From Candidatus Pacearchaeota archaeon (GTDB lineage Archaea > Nanobdellota > Nanobdellia > Pacearchaeales > GW2011-AR1), in contig JACOYJ010000026.1 in NCBI GenBank assembly GCA_016181885.1, forward strand, positions 1,185-65,184: a stretch of 64,000 bases of DNA. The letters run 5' to 3'. The notes under the pieces were generated by a model. That model was not told the origin of the DNA. It did no database searches and saw nothing but the letters and a program-made list of their open reading frames with translations. Position 1 is the stretch's first letter. Each line of letters opens with the position of its first letter. The translations under genes and the position numbers were made by a program. Of this stretch, positions 18,872 to 29,665 are shown piece after piece.

Positions 18872-20275
18872 ATGGAACAAACGTCAATTAAAATTGATAG
18901 AGAAAACTACGATCATTATGACCAGGAAAAACTTACCTTTAAGTCAGAATCAGGCATTCTCGATGAAAATTTAATTAAAAAAATATCTAAACTTAAAAAT
19001 GAGCCAGAGTGGATGATTAATACACGCCTTAAAGGATTGAAAATATTTCGGGAAAAGCCGCTGCCAAATTGGGGCCCGAGCCTTGAAGACCTGAATTTGA
19101 ACGAAATTCATTTTTTTATGACTCCTGATGCTCAGCAAGCTAGAAAATGGGAAGATGTTCCTAAAGAAATAAAAAACACTTTTGACAGGCTGGGAATTCC
19201 GGAAGCTGAAAAAAAATCTTTGGCCGGAGTTGGGGCGCAATATGAATCAAATGTCATTTATCATAACCTTAAGAAAGAATGGGGAGATAAAGGAGTTGTT
19301 TTTTTAGACATGGACGAAGCAGTTCAGAAATATCCCGAAATGGTAAAGAAATATTTTATGACAACCTGCGTTCCCATCCATCTACACAAGTTTTCAGCTT
19401 TACATGCAGCTGTATGGAGCGGAGGGACATTTATCTATGTTCCGAGGGGTGTAAAAGTTGATATTCCCCTTCAGGCTTATTTCAGAATGAACGCTAAAAA
19501 AGGCGGACAGTTTGAGCATACATTGATAATTGCCGACGAGGGCTCTAATATCCACTACATTGAAGGATGCAGCGCGCCGCAATATCAGGAAAACTCGCTG
19601 CATGCCGGTTGTGTTGAGATTCATGTTTTGAAGGATGCAAGAGTCAGATACAGCAGCATTGAAAATTGGAGCAAAAATGTTTACAATCTTAATACAAAGA
19701 GAGCAATGGTTTACGAAAACGGGATAATGGAATGGGTTAATGGAAATCTTGGAAGCAAGGTAACTATGCTCTATCCATGCAGTATTCTTCTTGGCGAGAA
19801 TTCAAAAACAGATTATCTGGGAATCGCATATGCGGGAAAAGGCCAATATCAGGATACTGGCTGCAAGGTTTATCACTTGGCGCCAAACACATCTTCAAAC
19901 ATTATCAGCAAGGGGATAAGCCTGGGCGGGGGGGTTAGTTCTTATCGGGGACTCATAATGATAAAAAAAGGATGCAAAAACTCAAACGCAAGCGTTAAAT
20001 GCGACGGTTTAATGCTTGACAATGAAAGCAGGGCAATGACTTTTCCAAGCATGGAAGTCGGAGAAAACGACGTTAAAGTTGCCCACGAAGCTGCTGTTGG
20101 AAAAATCGGGGAAGAGCAGTTATTTTATTTGATGTCTCGCGGAATCAGCGAGGATGAGGCTGTAAAGATGATTGTTTCTGGTTTTATCGAGCCTGTTGTC
20201 AAAGAGCTTCCGCTGGAGTATGCAGTTGAATTAAATAAGCTTATTGAATTAGAGATAGAAAATTCTGTTTGCTAG
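18872..20275 (+). CDS. sufB: Fe-S cluster assembly protein SufB
   Basis: Full-length SufB-like sequence (…GCSAPQYQENSLHAGCVEIHV…). Confidence 0.9.
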   Translation: MEQTSIKIDRENYDHYDQEKLTFKSESGILDENLIKKISKLKNEPEWMINTRLKGLKIFREKPLPNWGPSLEDLNLNEIHFFMTPDAQQARKWEDVPKEIKNTFDRLGIPEAEKKSLAGVGAQYESNVIYHNLKKEWGDKGVVFLDMDEAVQKYPEMVKKYFMTTCVPIHLHKFSALHAAVWSGGTFIYVPRGVKVDIPLQAYFRMNAKKGGQFEHTLIIADEGSNIHYIEGCSAPQYQENSLHAGCVEIHVLKDARVRYSSIENWSKNVYNLNTKRAMVYENGIMEWVNGNLGSKVTMLYPCSILLGENSKTDYLGIAYAGKGQYQDTGCKVYHLAPNTSSNIISKGISLGGGVSSYRGLIMIKKGCKNSNASVKCDGLMLDNESRAMTFPSMEVGENDVKVAHEAAVGKIGEEQLFYLMSRGISEDEAVKMIVSGFIEPVVKELPLEYAVELNKLIELEIENSVC

Positions 20276-20276
20276 A

Positions 20277-20687
20277 ATGAACTCAAATATTCATCGCCAG
20301 GAGCTTTTGGATTTATACGCTGAAAAGCCAAATTACGGAGAGCTTATTGGAAAAACCCACGAAATAAATATGAATAATCCCGCTTGCTCAGATTTAATAA
20401 ATGTTCAAGTTGCCATCGATAAAGGAAAAATAATCGATGCTAAATTTTCTGGGGAAACTTGTTTGATAAGCACTGTTTCAGCGTGCGTTTTGCTGGAGAA
20501 AATTAAAGGGATGAAAGTTGCCGATGTTTTGAAGATTGGAAAGAAAGACATTGACAAATTATTGAATGTAGAAGTAATTCCAACCAGAGTTGAATGCGAG
20601 CTGCTTGCTCTTGAGGCATTAAAGGAGGCACTGAATGAAAAATCGCCCAAGCTTGGTCAATTTAAGGAGGCTTTTAAAAATGGATGA
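20277..20687 (+). CDS. sufU: SufU/IscU-like Fe-S scaffold protein
   Basis: NifU-N-like region with conserved Cys (NPACSD, ETCLIS). Confidence 0.7.
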   Translation: MNSNIHRQELLDLYAEKPNYGELIGKTHEINMNNPACSDLINVQVAIDKGKIIDAKFSGETCLISTVSACVLLEKIKGMKVADVLKIGKKDIDKLLNVEVIPTRVECELLALEALKEALNEKSPKLGQFKEAFKNG

Positions 20688-20705
20688 ATTATCCGGAGAA
20701 ATAGA

Positions 20706-21662
20706 ATGGGCAATAATTCAGGCAACGAAATGACAAAGCTCGAGAGAGTAATTTTGGCTGAGCCGAGGGGATTTTGCGCTGGCGTCGATGTTGCAATAGA
20801 CGCTGTTGTGAGGTTGGCTGAAGAGCATCCTGGAGAAAAGATATATGTTAGGCATGAAATTGTCCATAACATTCACGCCGTCAATGATTTAAAAGAAAAG
20901 CACAGAGCGGTTTTTGTTGAAAATCTTTCGGAAATTCCAGAGGGATCAAGAGTTGTTTTTAGCGCTCATGGGACCTCCCCAGAATTTTATGAAGAGGCAA
21001 AAAAGAGAAATCTTAAGGTCACTGATGCAACTTGCGACTTGGTTAGATTAGTTCATGCAAAAGTAAAAAAATATCATGAAAGGAGATTTGAGATAATTCT
21101 AATCGGTCACAAAGGACATCAAGAAGTCACCGGCACAATGGGTTACGCTCCAATGCATTTGGTTGAAAGCGTTGATGATGTTGGAAAGCTGCCGATAGAT
21201 AAAAATAGAAATGTTGCTTACGTGACTCAAACAACTTTATCGAAGTATGATACTAAAAGAATAGAGGAAGCTTTGAGAGATAGGTTTGTTAATTTGATTT
21301 CTACAAAAGACGACTTATGTTATGCTACAACCAACAGGCAAGGGGCAGTTATGGCAATTATTGATAAGTTTAAAGTTGGAGGTTTCTTAGTTGTTGGAGA
21401 AAATAACAGCTCAAATTCCAGAAGTTTGGTTGAGACAGCAAAACAGTTAGGAGTTAAATCGCATCTGCTCTCCACATGGAAGGATATTGACCAACAATGG
21501 TTTAATGGAATTAAAGACGTTGGACTAACATCTGGAGCCTCTGTCCCGGAATATCTTGTTGGCGAAGTTATTGAACATTTAACAAAATTTTTTGGGGCAA
21601 TAGTTCAAACCTATGTTCATAAAAATGAGGATATTAAATTTAGACCGAGAATTTTAGTTTAA
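20706..21662 (+). CDS. ispH: 4-hydroxy-3-methylbut-2-enyl diphosphate reductase (IspH/LytB family)
   Basis: PRGFCAGVD..AID, HEIVHN and three conserved Cys. The start may be at 20736 (MTKLERV). Confidence 0.8.
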   Translation: MGNNSGNEMTKLERVILAEPRGFCAGVDVAIDAVVRLAEEHPGEKIYVRHEIVHNIHAVNDLKEKHRAVFVENLSEIPEGSRVVFSAHGTSPEFYEEAKKRNLKVTDATCDLVRLVHAKVKKYHERRFEIILIGHKGHQEVTGTMGYAPMHLVESVDDVGKLPIDKNRNVAYVTQTTLSKYDTKRIEEALRDRFVNLISTKDDLCYATTNRQGAVMAIIDKFKVGGFLVVGENNSSNSRSLVETAKQLGVKSHLLSTWKDIDQQWFNGIKDVGLTSGASVPEYLVGEVIEHLTKFFGAIVQTYVHKNEDIKFRPRILV

Positions 21663-21663
21663 G

Positions 21664-22413
21664 ATGAAAAATTTTCTCGAAATAAAGGATTTGCATGCTG
21701 AAGTGGGGGGTAAAGAGATTTTAAGGGGTGTGAACTTGAGCTTGGAATGTGGAAAAGTAAATGTTTTAATGGGACCTAATGGCTCTGGTAAGAGCACGCT
21801 TGCGCATATTTTAATGGGGCACCCGGGATATAAGGTAATTTCCGGAAAAATATTTTTTAACGGAAAAGATATAACTGACTTGGACGCTGAAGAAAGAGCT
21901 AAGAAAGGCGTTTTTCTTTCATTTCAAAATCCAATCAGTGTTTCTGGAGTCAGCATGCATAATCTCTTGAAAACTGCCTTGAAGAGTCTTAAAAATAATA
22001 TCTCCATAAATGAAAAAAAAAAGATTATCGATGAAAAATCAAAAATACTTGGGATTGAGAAGAATTTTCTGGAAAGATACTTAAATGACGGCTTTTCTGG
22101 AGGAGAAAAAAAGAAAGCTGAAATTCTCCAGTTAATGGTTCTAAATCCAAAACTTGCAGTGCTGGACGAGACGGACTCGGGGCTTGATATCGACGCTCTA
22201 AAGACAGTCTCCCGCGGAGTTAATACTTTTATTAATGAACAAAAGTGCGTTTTGTTGATTACTCACTATAAAAGAATTCTTAATTATATAAGGCCAGACA
22301 AGATTTTTATCCTCATTAACGGAAAAATAGCAATTGAGGGCGGACCGGATTTGGCTGGCCATCTTGAAGAAAAAGGATACGGTTGGATAGTTGAAGAGGC
22401 AGAAGTCAAATAA
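21664..22413 (+). CDS. sufC: Fe-S cluster assembly ATPase SufC
   Basis: Walker A GPNGSGKST, ABC signature FSGGEKK, Walker B LAVLDETDSG. Confidence 0.85.
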   Translation: MKNFLEIKDLHAEVGGKEILRGVNLSLECGKVNVLMGPNGSGKSTLAHILMGHPGYKVISGKIFFNGKDITDLDAEERAKKGVFLSFQNPISVSGVSMHNLLKTALKSLKNNISINEKKKIIDEKSKILGIEKNFLERYLNDGFSGGEKKKAEILQLMVLNPKLAVLDETDSGLDIDALKTVSRGVNTFINEQKCVLLITHYKRILNYIRPDKIFILINGKIAIEGGPDLAGHLEEKGYGWIVEEAEVK

Positions 22414-22554
22414 ATAGGCTCGCTTCGCTCGCTTATTTTTTAGATTATAACAATATTGAAGAGCCATTTATTGAATAAGGGGAATGTTAACAATGAGCTT
22501 TTTGAAAAAATTAAACTGCAAAACCTTTTTATACCTCAATAGTTTTTTTAATCC

Positions 22555-23709
22555 ATGATGGAAAAATATGATTTTATAATCTTTGGGGGGACTGGACTGC
22601 AGGGAAGGATTTGCGCAAGGGACTTGCTTGAGTCAGGATATGGTGTTTTATTGGTTGGAAGAGATACTTCTGGAATAAAAAATTTGTTAAAAAATAAAAG
22701 AGCAGGATTCCTTAAAGTTGATTTAAAAAATGAGAAAGATGTTTTGAAAGCAATAAAAAACTCTCAAGCAGATATTGTTGTTAATTGCGCTGAATTAATT
22801 TTTAATGTTCCAATTATGAGAGCGTGCCTGAATGCTAAAAAGCCATTAACCGACCTTGGTGGATTGCAGCACGTTACTCATGAGCAATTTAAATTGCATG
22901 ATTCATTTAGAAAAGCGGGAATTGCGTGCATTACAGGATGCGGCTCAACTCCAGGTATTGCAAGCGTAATGGCTGCTTATGCTGTGGAACAGCTCGATTC
23001 TGTGGAAACAATAACTCTGGGTTTTGCCTGGGATTCTAATATTAAAAAATTTGTTGTTCCTTATTCTATGCAAAGCATTTTTGAAGAATTCACAGAAGAT
23101 CCTATAACATTTCATAATGGAAAATTTGTAAAGGAAAACAGGGCAATCTGCCAGGGAATAATGAATTTTAAAGAGATTGGAAAGCAAACAGTTTACTGCA
23201 TTGTTCATTCAGAAGTCTATACTTTTTCAAAATACTTTAAAAATAAAGGGTTAAAAAATATTCATTATCTGGCCGGATTTCCAGAACATTCTTTTAAAGT
23301 TATTCAATCTTTAATTGAATTGCGGTTTAATTCCGACAAGAAAATAGAAATTAATGGAGGCAAAATAAGCCCTCTTGATTTTACAATTAATGCCTTAAAG
23401 AAGCTGAAGATTCCAAAAGGTTATAAAGAAGTTGAGAATATATGGGTTGTTGCTGAAGGCATGAAAAACAATAAGAAAGCAAAAAAAGAAATGAATTGCA
23501 TTGTCAAAACTATTGATGGTTGGGAAGAGGCTGGAAGCAATGTTGATACTGGAAGAACAATTTCAATAATTTCACAAATGCTTAAGAATAAAGTGATTAA
23601 CAGCAAAGGGGTTTATGCTCCTGAAGCTGTTGTTCCTTACAGGATATTTTTCAAAGAGCTTGCTAAAAGAAAAATGCATATTTATCTTGATGGAAGGAAA
23701 ATAAATTAA
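22555..23709 (+). CDS. saccharopine dehydrogenase-family NAD(P)-binding protein
   Basis: Rossmann motif FIIFGGTGLQG and overall Sacchrp_dh-like architecture. Confidence 0.55.
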   Translation: MMEKYDFIIFGGTGLQGRICARDLLESGYGVLLVGRDTSGIKNLLKNKRAGFLKVDLKNEKDVLKAIKNSQADIVVNCAELIFNVPIMRACLNAKKPLTDLGGLQHVTHEQFKLHDSFRKAGIACITGCGSTPGIASVMAAYAVEQLDSVETITLGFAWDSNIKKFVVPYSMQSIFEEFTEDPITFHNGKFVKENRAICQGIMNFKEIGKQTVYCIVHSEVYTFSKYFKNKGLKNIHYLAGFPEHSFKVIQSLIELRFNSDKKIEINGGKISPLDFTINALKKLKIPKGYKEVENIWVVAEGMKNNKKAKKEMNCIVKTIDGWEEAGSNVDTGRTISIISQMLKNKVINSKGVYAPEAVVPYRIFFKELAKRKMHIYLDGRKIN

Positions 23710-23716
23710 TACAAAA

Positions 23717-24673
23717 ATGAAAACAAATAAATATGATTTCTTGATTATTGGGGCGGGAGGCACCGGCTTAGCTGCTGCAATGTACGGGGCAAGGCTTGGG
23801 CTTAGAACTTGTATTTTTGGCTTTACTTATGGAACAGAACTTCCTGTTGGTGGAGTTATAACTACAACAAATGTTGTTGAAAATTATCCTGGTTTTGAAT
23901 CAATCTCCGGGTTTGAACTTGCGAAAAAAATAGAAGAGCATGCAAGAGCTTATAATTTGGTTGAAATAAGGAATGAAAAGGTTCTTGATGTTAAAATGTC
24001 TGGAAAATGTTTTTCAATTAAAACCAATAAAGGAAATTATGAAACTAAAACAATTCTTTTTGCAACAGGAACAAAATGGAAAAAACTCGAAGTTAAAGGC
24101 TCTTTAGAGTTTGAAAACAAAGGAATAAGCTATTGCGCTTTATGTGACGGACCTTTGTATAAAAACAAAGTTGTTGCTGTTGTGGGCGGAAGCGATTCTG
24201 CGGCCAAAGATGCTCTTCTTTTGTCAGAACACGCAAAAAAAGTCTATATAATTTATAGAGGAGAGAAAATAAGGCCAGAGCCAATAAATCTCGAGAGGAT
24301 AAATAGAAACAATAAGATAGAGATTATTAATAATACAAACTTGAAGGAAATTGGGGGAAAAGATTTTGTAGAAAGCGTCGTTTTGGATAAATCCCACAAG
24401 GGGAGTAAAGAGCTTAAATTAGAGGGGGTTTTTGTTGCAATAGGGCATGTTGTTCTTTCTGATTTAGCAGAGCCATTAGGCGTTAAATTGAATTCTAAAG
24501 GAGAAATAATTATTAATCATAAAACATCAGAGACTAATGTTTCTGGAGTATTTGCAGCAGGAGATGTTACAGACAAGCCGTTTAAGCAGTTGATTACAGG
24601 GGTTGCTGATGGATGCACTGCAGCTTATTCTGCTTATGAGTTTATTAACAAAGGAAGCGTCATTATGGATTAA
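23717..24673 (+). CDS. trxB: thioredoxin reductase
   Basis: FAD motif IIGAGGTG, redox CxxC (CALCDG), NAD(P) motif VVGGSDSA. Confidence 0.85.
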   Translation: MKTNKYDFLIIGAGGTGLAAAMYGARLGLRTCIFGFTYGTELPVGGVITTTNVVENYPGFESISGFELAKKIEEHARAYNLVEIRNEKVLDVKMSGKCFSIKTNKGNYETKTILFATGTKWKKLEVKGSLEFENKGISYCALCDGPLYKNKVVAVVGGSDSAAKDALLLSEHAKKVYIIYRGEKIRPEPINLERINRNNKIEIINNTNLKEIGGKDFVESVVLDKSHKGSKELKLEGVFVAIGHVVLSDLAEPLGVKLNSKGEIIINHKTSETNVSGVFAAGDVTDKPFKQLITGVADGCTAAYSAYEFINKGSVIMD

Positions 24674-24756
24674 ATTTAAATAATACGCTCGATTAAATCA
24701 ATGGTGGAACTGCATTTAATGAATACTTTTATAAATTATTGTTTTGATTTAACATT

Positions 24757-25872
24757 ATGAAATCAGCAAAGTCTAAAGTTCAGCAATTTTTCTCGTATGC
24801 AGACATAAAAATCAACGGAAACAGACCTTGGGATATTCAAGTTCATGATGAGAGGTTTTATGATAAAATGCTGGCCGATGCTCAACTTGGTTTTGGTGAA
24901 TCATATATGAATAATTGGTGGGACTGTGCTCAATTAGATGAATGTATCTTCAAGATATATAGGGCGCAATTAGAAAAAAAGGTGAGGGGAAAGTGGAGAT
25001 ACCTCTTTCCATTTTTGATATCCAAAATTACCAATATGCAAGATAAAATGAAGTCTAAAAGAGATGTCGGAAGCCATTATAACATTGGAAATGATCTTTA
25101 TCAGTCAATGCTTGATAAAAGAATGGTTTATACCTGCGGGTATTGGAAGAACGCAAAAAATCTTAATGAAGCCCAGGAAGCTAAGTTAGATTTAGTTTGC
25201 AAAAAAATAGGGCTAAAGTCTGGAATGACTGTTTTAGATATTGGATGTGGTTGGGGGAGTTTTGCTAAATTCGCAGCTGAAAAGTATAAAGTAAAAGTTG
25301 TGGGAATAACTATTTCTAATGAGCAAATAAGGCTTGCCCGTAAGTTGTGTAAAGGTTTGCCTATTGAGATAAGATTTCAAGACTATAGAGATGTAAACGA
25401 GAAGTTTGATAGAATTGTTTCCTTAGGAATGTTTGAGCATGTTGGTCCTAAAAATCACAGAAAATTTATGGAAGTAGCTCACAGATGCTTAAAAGATGAT
25501 GGAGTTTTTCTGTTGCATACTCTTGGTTCAAATGTTTCAAATACACGTTCAAGTCCATGGTCAAACAAATATATTTTTCCAGGAGCTGTTACGCCTTCCA
25601 TAAAACAAATAGGAAAATCTATGGAAGGGTTGTTTGTAATGGAGGATTGGCACAATTTTGGACAGGATTATGCCAAAACTACGATGGCCTGGTGGAGTAA
25701 TTTTGATAAAAACTATAAGAACCTTAAGCAAAAATACAACGAAAGATTTTATAAGATGTGGAAGTTTTACTTGCAAGGAGGATCTGGAATTATGCGTGCA
25801 AGAGAGGGTCAATTATGGCAAATTGTTCTGACAAAAGAAGGTATTGTTGGAGGATATAATCCCATAAGCTAA
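24757..25872 (+). CDS. cfa: cyclopropane-fatty-acyl-phospholipid synthase family methyltransferase
   Basis: VLDIGCGWGSFAKFAAEKY SAM motif and a CFA-synthase-like C-terminal region. Confidence 0.8.
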   Translation: MKSAKSKVQQFFSYADIKINGNRPWDIQVHDERFYDKMLADAQLGFGESYMNNWWDCAQLDECIFKIYRAQLEKKVRGKWRYLFPFLISKITNMQDKMKSKRDVGSHYNIGNDLYQSMLDKRMVYTCGYWKNAKNLNEAQEAKLDLVCKKIGLKSGMTVLDIGCGWGSFAKFAAEKYKVKVVGITISNEQIRLARKLCKGLPIEIRFQDYRDVNEKFDRIVSLGMFEHVGPKNHRKFMEVAHRCLKDDGVFLLHTLGSNVSNTRSSPWSNKYIFPGAVTPSIKQIGKSMEGLFVMEDWHNFGQDYAKTTMAWWSNFDKNYKNLKQKYNERFYKMWKFYLQGGSGIMRAREGQLWQIVLTKEGIVGGYNPIS

Positions 25873-25882
25873 AACATTAAAA

Positions 25883-26711
25883 ATGAAAAATGTGATGCTT
25901 TATTTAGGGGGCGGCAGCATGATGGGAATTTTTGGAGGAGGAATTCTTAAAAGACTTTCAGATGAGAGAGTTTATGATAAAATTGAAACAATCTATTCTG
26001 TGTCTGCTGGAGCTTTTAATGCAGCTTACTTCATTGCAGGACATATAAAATCTGAACAGATAGATATTGGGGCTAGCATATATTATGAAAATTTGCAAGA
26101 GGATTTTATTTTTTCTGATTGTGTTTTGCCTGCAGCGAGAAGTCGTTTGATGAGGAGGTCTGGCTTTAATATAGAGGATAGAAATGTTCTTAATGTAGTA
26201 AATGTCGATCATATGATGAGCGTGGTCCGAACTACTAAAATACTTGATATTGAAGCATTAAATCAAAGCACTATTCCTGTTTACGTTAAGGTTTTTGATT
26301 TAAAAGAAATGCGAATAGTTTATTTGAACTTAAAAGAAGAAACTCTCTCTCTTGAGAGATGCGATTAGTGTTATTCCCTATTATTCTCCTCCTAGAGATC
26401 AAAGATTTATTGATGGTGGTGTTTTAGAACAAATTGGATACGATGAACTAAGGCAAAGAAATCCATCAAGCCCTATTGTTTTTTGCATTAATTATAATCC
26501 TGATAAATTTGGAATAAAAGATACAGTTAGGAACACATTGGAAGGAATTGTTGCGTCATGGATGTATCCTAATAAGGGTATGATTGGAAGATTTGCTGGA
26601 AAGGTCAGTAATTTTCGAGAAGATGTTGATAAGATAAGAAATGATTCGAACGCTCTTTTAATTCATCCACCTTTAGATAATCCAACAACGCAAAGCACAA
26701 CAGATTCTTAG
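25883..26711 (+). pseudogene. patatin-like phospholipase, interrupted by a frameshift near 26355-26368
   Basis: GGGxxG and GxSxG (SVSAGAF) lie in the first ORF. SaAIPgvfpP-like (AISVIPYYSPP) and DGG motifs lie in the second ORF. Combined length about 280 aa. Confidence 0.55.
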
Positions 26712-26821
26712 AAATTACTTCTTACATATAATATGGGACAAAAAGAAGCCGAAAAAATACTGGAGTGGGTTGATTGATTTAAGATAGAAAAGCTTAAATA
26801 TAACTGAATATAACTAATTCT

Positions 26822-27085
26822 ATGGAAATCAAAGCTATAGCAAAGAAATGGGGAAGCTCTATGGGAGTTATTATTCCTAAAGAGGTGGTTGACGCTAAAA
26901 AAATCAAAGAGAATGACACAATTGTTATAGAGGTTAAAACAAGGCCTTTAGCAGGTAACTTATTTGGTAAATTTCCTAGACTAACCTCTAAACAAACAGC
27001 CCAGGAGCTTAAAGATGAGTTAAGGGAAGGTTGGCTTAGCGATTCTGATCGAGAAAGAGAAAGAAAATGGAAGATCAAGACATAG
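26822..27085 (+). CDS. AbrB/SpoVT-MazE-type antitoxin (VapB-like)
   Basis: AKKWGSSMGVIIPKEV swapped-hairpin signature; 19-nt overlap with the downstream PIN gene. Confidence 0.6.
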   Translation: MEIKAIAKKWGSSMGVIIPKEVVDAKKIKENDTIVIEVKTRPLAGNLFGKFPRLTSKQTAQELKDELREGWLSDSDRERERKWKIKT

Positions 27086-27444
27086 ACTATTTTTTTGATA
27101 CTTATGCTGTTATAGAGATAATTGCCGGAAATTCTGCTTATCATAATTTTACTTCTAAGCCTCCTACAATTACTATTTTTAATTTATCAGAAATATATTT
27201 TATCGCCCTCAAAAAGTTAGGTGAAGTAAAGGCTAATGAAATTTATAATGAATATTTTCAGTGCGTTGTTGAAATTTCGGAAGAAGTTTTGAAAGGTGCG
27301 ATGAAATTCAAGCTTGAAAACAATAAAAAAAGACTTTCCTATGCCGACTGCATTGGCTACATTTATTCAATAAGGAACAAGATGAAATTCCTTACTGGAG
27401 ATAAGGAGTTTCGAGGCTTAAAAAATGTAGAGTTTGTGAAATGA
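27067..27444 (+). CDS. vapC: PIN-domain toxin (VapC-like)
   Basis: FFDTYAVIEI... N-terminal acidic PIN signature; about 125 aa. Confidence 0.55.
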   Translation: MEDQDIDYFFDTYAVIEIIAGNSAYHNFTSKPPTITIFNLSEIYFIALKKLGEVKANEIYNEYFQCVVEISEEVLKGAMKFKLENNKKRLSYADCIGYIYSIRNKMKFLTGDKEFRGLKNVEFVK

Positions 27445-27811
27445 CTGATTAAATTCTCCAACAAAGATGGCTGGTTTGGCAGTACATCTCTCAATCTTTT
27501 CATTGCTTAGCGATCATGGTTTGCTTGAATTTTGCGATCTTTGGCTTATCCCCGCCCGCTAAATGATCTCTAAACTTAAGTATCTTCTTAATTTTTTGGA
27601 AATCAATTTCTTGAATGTATCAAACATCACCGCTTTTCATAGTAACTCTATAACCATAACTATCAATATCTGACAGGCCAATGCCTTCCATTTCATCTAT
27701 ATTAATATAACCCCCAATTGCTGTTTTAATCCATGTCATTTTATATTCTTGCTCCATTTAATGTATCTAAGCGCGAATTTAATTTACTTTTTAAAGATTT
27801 ATATTCAATGA

Positions 27812-28108
27812 TTATATCAAATAAACCCCCATTTTCCAGTGTTCATACATATACTTAATTACGAACTCTACATCATCTATTTCAAACGCTTCATGAACTT
27901 TTAACCCGCTTATTTTTTCAAGTGTGCCTTTCGTTTTCATTAAATTTAACTCGCCATTAATGACACTAAGCAATCCATTAACGCTGTGTCTATGAACTCC
28001 ACTGTATCTTTGCAATTGCTCCCTGGCATCCTTTAGCAATAAATAATAATTTCTATCCTTTAAATCGTCCCTAAACTCTTCATATGTTTTTATCCTTTCC
28101 TGTTTCAT
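27812..28108 (-). CDS. hypothetical protein
   Basis: 98-aa ORF, no domain recognised. Confidence 0.35.
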   Translation of the reverse strand: MKQERIKTYEEFRDDLKDRNYYLLLKDAREQLQRYSGVHRHSVNGLLSVINGELNLMKTKGTLEKISGLKVHEAFEIDDVEFVIKYMYEHWKMGVYLI

Positions 28109-28158
28109 AGAAAATCCATTCTAAGAGGTTTTATAAATCTTTTTTATTTATATTAATC

Positions 28159-29070
28159 ATGGGGTGGAAAATTGCTTTTAGTTTTATTTTCTTTTTTGCA
28201 GCAATTGGCCTTTTAATGGTTTACTGGTTTGTTCCGATTTCAGATACAAAATTTATATCATTAGACAAGAAAGACAATTCATTTGCCGGGCCGGTTGATA
28301 AAAATAAACTGCAGTTTTATCAAAATATGCGGTTCTCATCTTCACGAATATCTTACAATATTGAAGATTGCCAAATCAGCAAGTCTGATGAAATGGAGAG
28401 GGCGTTTCAGTTTATAGAAGACAGAACACTTCTTGATTTTTATCCGCGGAATTCAAATGCAGAGATAAAAGTGACGTGCGACAGCAAAACAAAAGTGGAA
28501 GGAGAGCTGTTTATAGCCGGCGAAGGCGGACCAATAAATATAACAAAAATTGGAAATTTCAATTTGATATCCCAAGGCAAGGTATTGCTGTTCAGAGAGT
28601 CAAAATGCCCGAATCCAAATATTGGCCTGCACGAGCTTTTGCATGTTTTAGGATTTGATCATGTGCAAAACCCGAATGATCTAATGTATAACGTAAGCAC
28701 ATGCGACCAGACTATCAATCAAGAAACTTTTGAGCTGATAAATTATCTTTATTCAATCCCCGGCTATCCTGATTTAGTCATAGAAAACGTTTCTGCAGCG
28801 ATGAAGGGAAAATATTTAAACACGAATTTCACAATAAAAAATGATGGCTTTGTCATTGCGCCCGGAGTATCTGTGGAAATTTATGCCGATGAGAAAAAAA
28901 TAAAGGAAGTGTATATCAATCCTCTGGAATCCGGACACGGGAAAATTATAGGATTGACGAATCTTTGGGTGAGCCAATTTAACATTGACAGACTGAAATT
29001 TGTTGTTGCCTCTGATTTTTCCGAGCTGAAAAAAGAAAACAACATAATAGTCTTAGAAGTAAGCAAATAA
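28159..29070 (+). CDS. secreted/membrane-anchored metzincin-type zinc metalloprotease
   Basis: N-terminal TM/signal helix; HELLHVLGFDH (HExxHxxGxxH) zinc-binding motif. Confidence 0.7.
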   Translation: MGWKIAFSFIFFFAAIGLLMVYWFVPISDTKFISLDKKDNSFAGPVDKNKLQFYQNMRFSSSRISYNIEDCQISKSDEMERAFQFIEDRTLLDFYPRNSNAEIKVTCDSKTKVEGELFIAGEGGPINITKIGNFNLISQGKVLLFRESKCPNPNIGLHELLHVLGFDHVQNPNDLMYNVSTCDQTINQETFELINYLYSIPGYPDLVIENVSAAMKGKYLNTNFTIKNDGFVIAPGVSVEIYADEKKIKEVYINPLESGHGKIIGLTNLWVSQFNIDRLKFVVASDFSELKKENNIIVLEVSK

Positions 29071-29262
29071 AATAAAAAATAAATAGAATTTTTTAATAAA
29101 TCAATCATCTAGAAAATCCACGTCTTCGAGTTCGGCTTCATCTTCTTTCTCATCAACTTCAGTGTATGAATCTTCCTTGTTCATTTTAATCAGGAACCTT
29201 GTTCCTTACCTCATTTTTTGTTAATCCAGATAGATTTTTTTGCTTTTTAAATATTTCTGTAC

Positions 29263-29642
29263 TGTTAAATCAAGTTCATAACTTAACATTCCGTAGTTTA
29301 ATTACTTCATCATTATTGTCGCAAGGAGTTTAATGGAAGAGCATGAAGTTGCAAGATGAAACAATTTCCCTTAGATAAACATTTACCTTAATTATCAAAT
29401 AAAACTAAAGATTGAATGCTAATAAAAACATATTAGGTTAGACGCCCTTCTCTTATCGATGATAAAATGTAATTATTAGTTTAATAATATATTGTTCATG
29501 GATTGCATTTTGTTGGAATATTAATATCCTTTACCATAGCTGCTCATTTCATTCGCAGTTTTGCTGTTAATTATTAATAATAAAATACGCGACAATAGAA
29601 GTGAGTAATTTTTTATGCTAAGATTGCGGATTTACTTTACTG
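29263..29642 (-). repeat. repeat family 1, copy B (reverse orientation; extended ~380 bp with nested insertions)
   Basis: Its ends match the core element. The middle matches the insertion module of copy E and carries a further ~90-bp insertion. Confidence 0.75.
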
Positions 29643-29665
29643 CACAAGAAAAGTTATAAGAAAAA

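Noticed and set aside
27445-27811. A ~46-aa minus-strand ORF (MEQEYKMTWIKTAIGGY...) in the spacer after vapC
   Set aside because: It is short, has no family resemblance, and sits in a region that looks like decayed sequence. It is probably not a gene.
29105-29185. A 27-aa highly acidic minus-strand ORF (MNKEDSYTEVDEKEDEAELEDVDFLDD) downstream of repeat copy B
   Set aside because: It is tempting because it would put copy B upstream of a start codon like the other copies. It is too short and too low-complexity to call.
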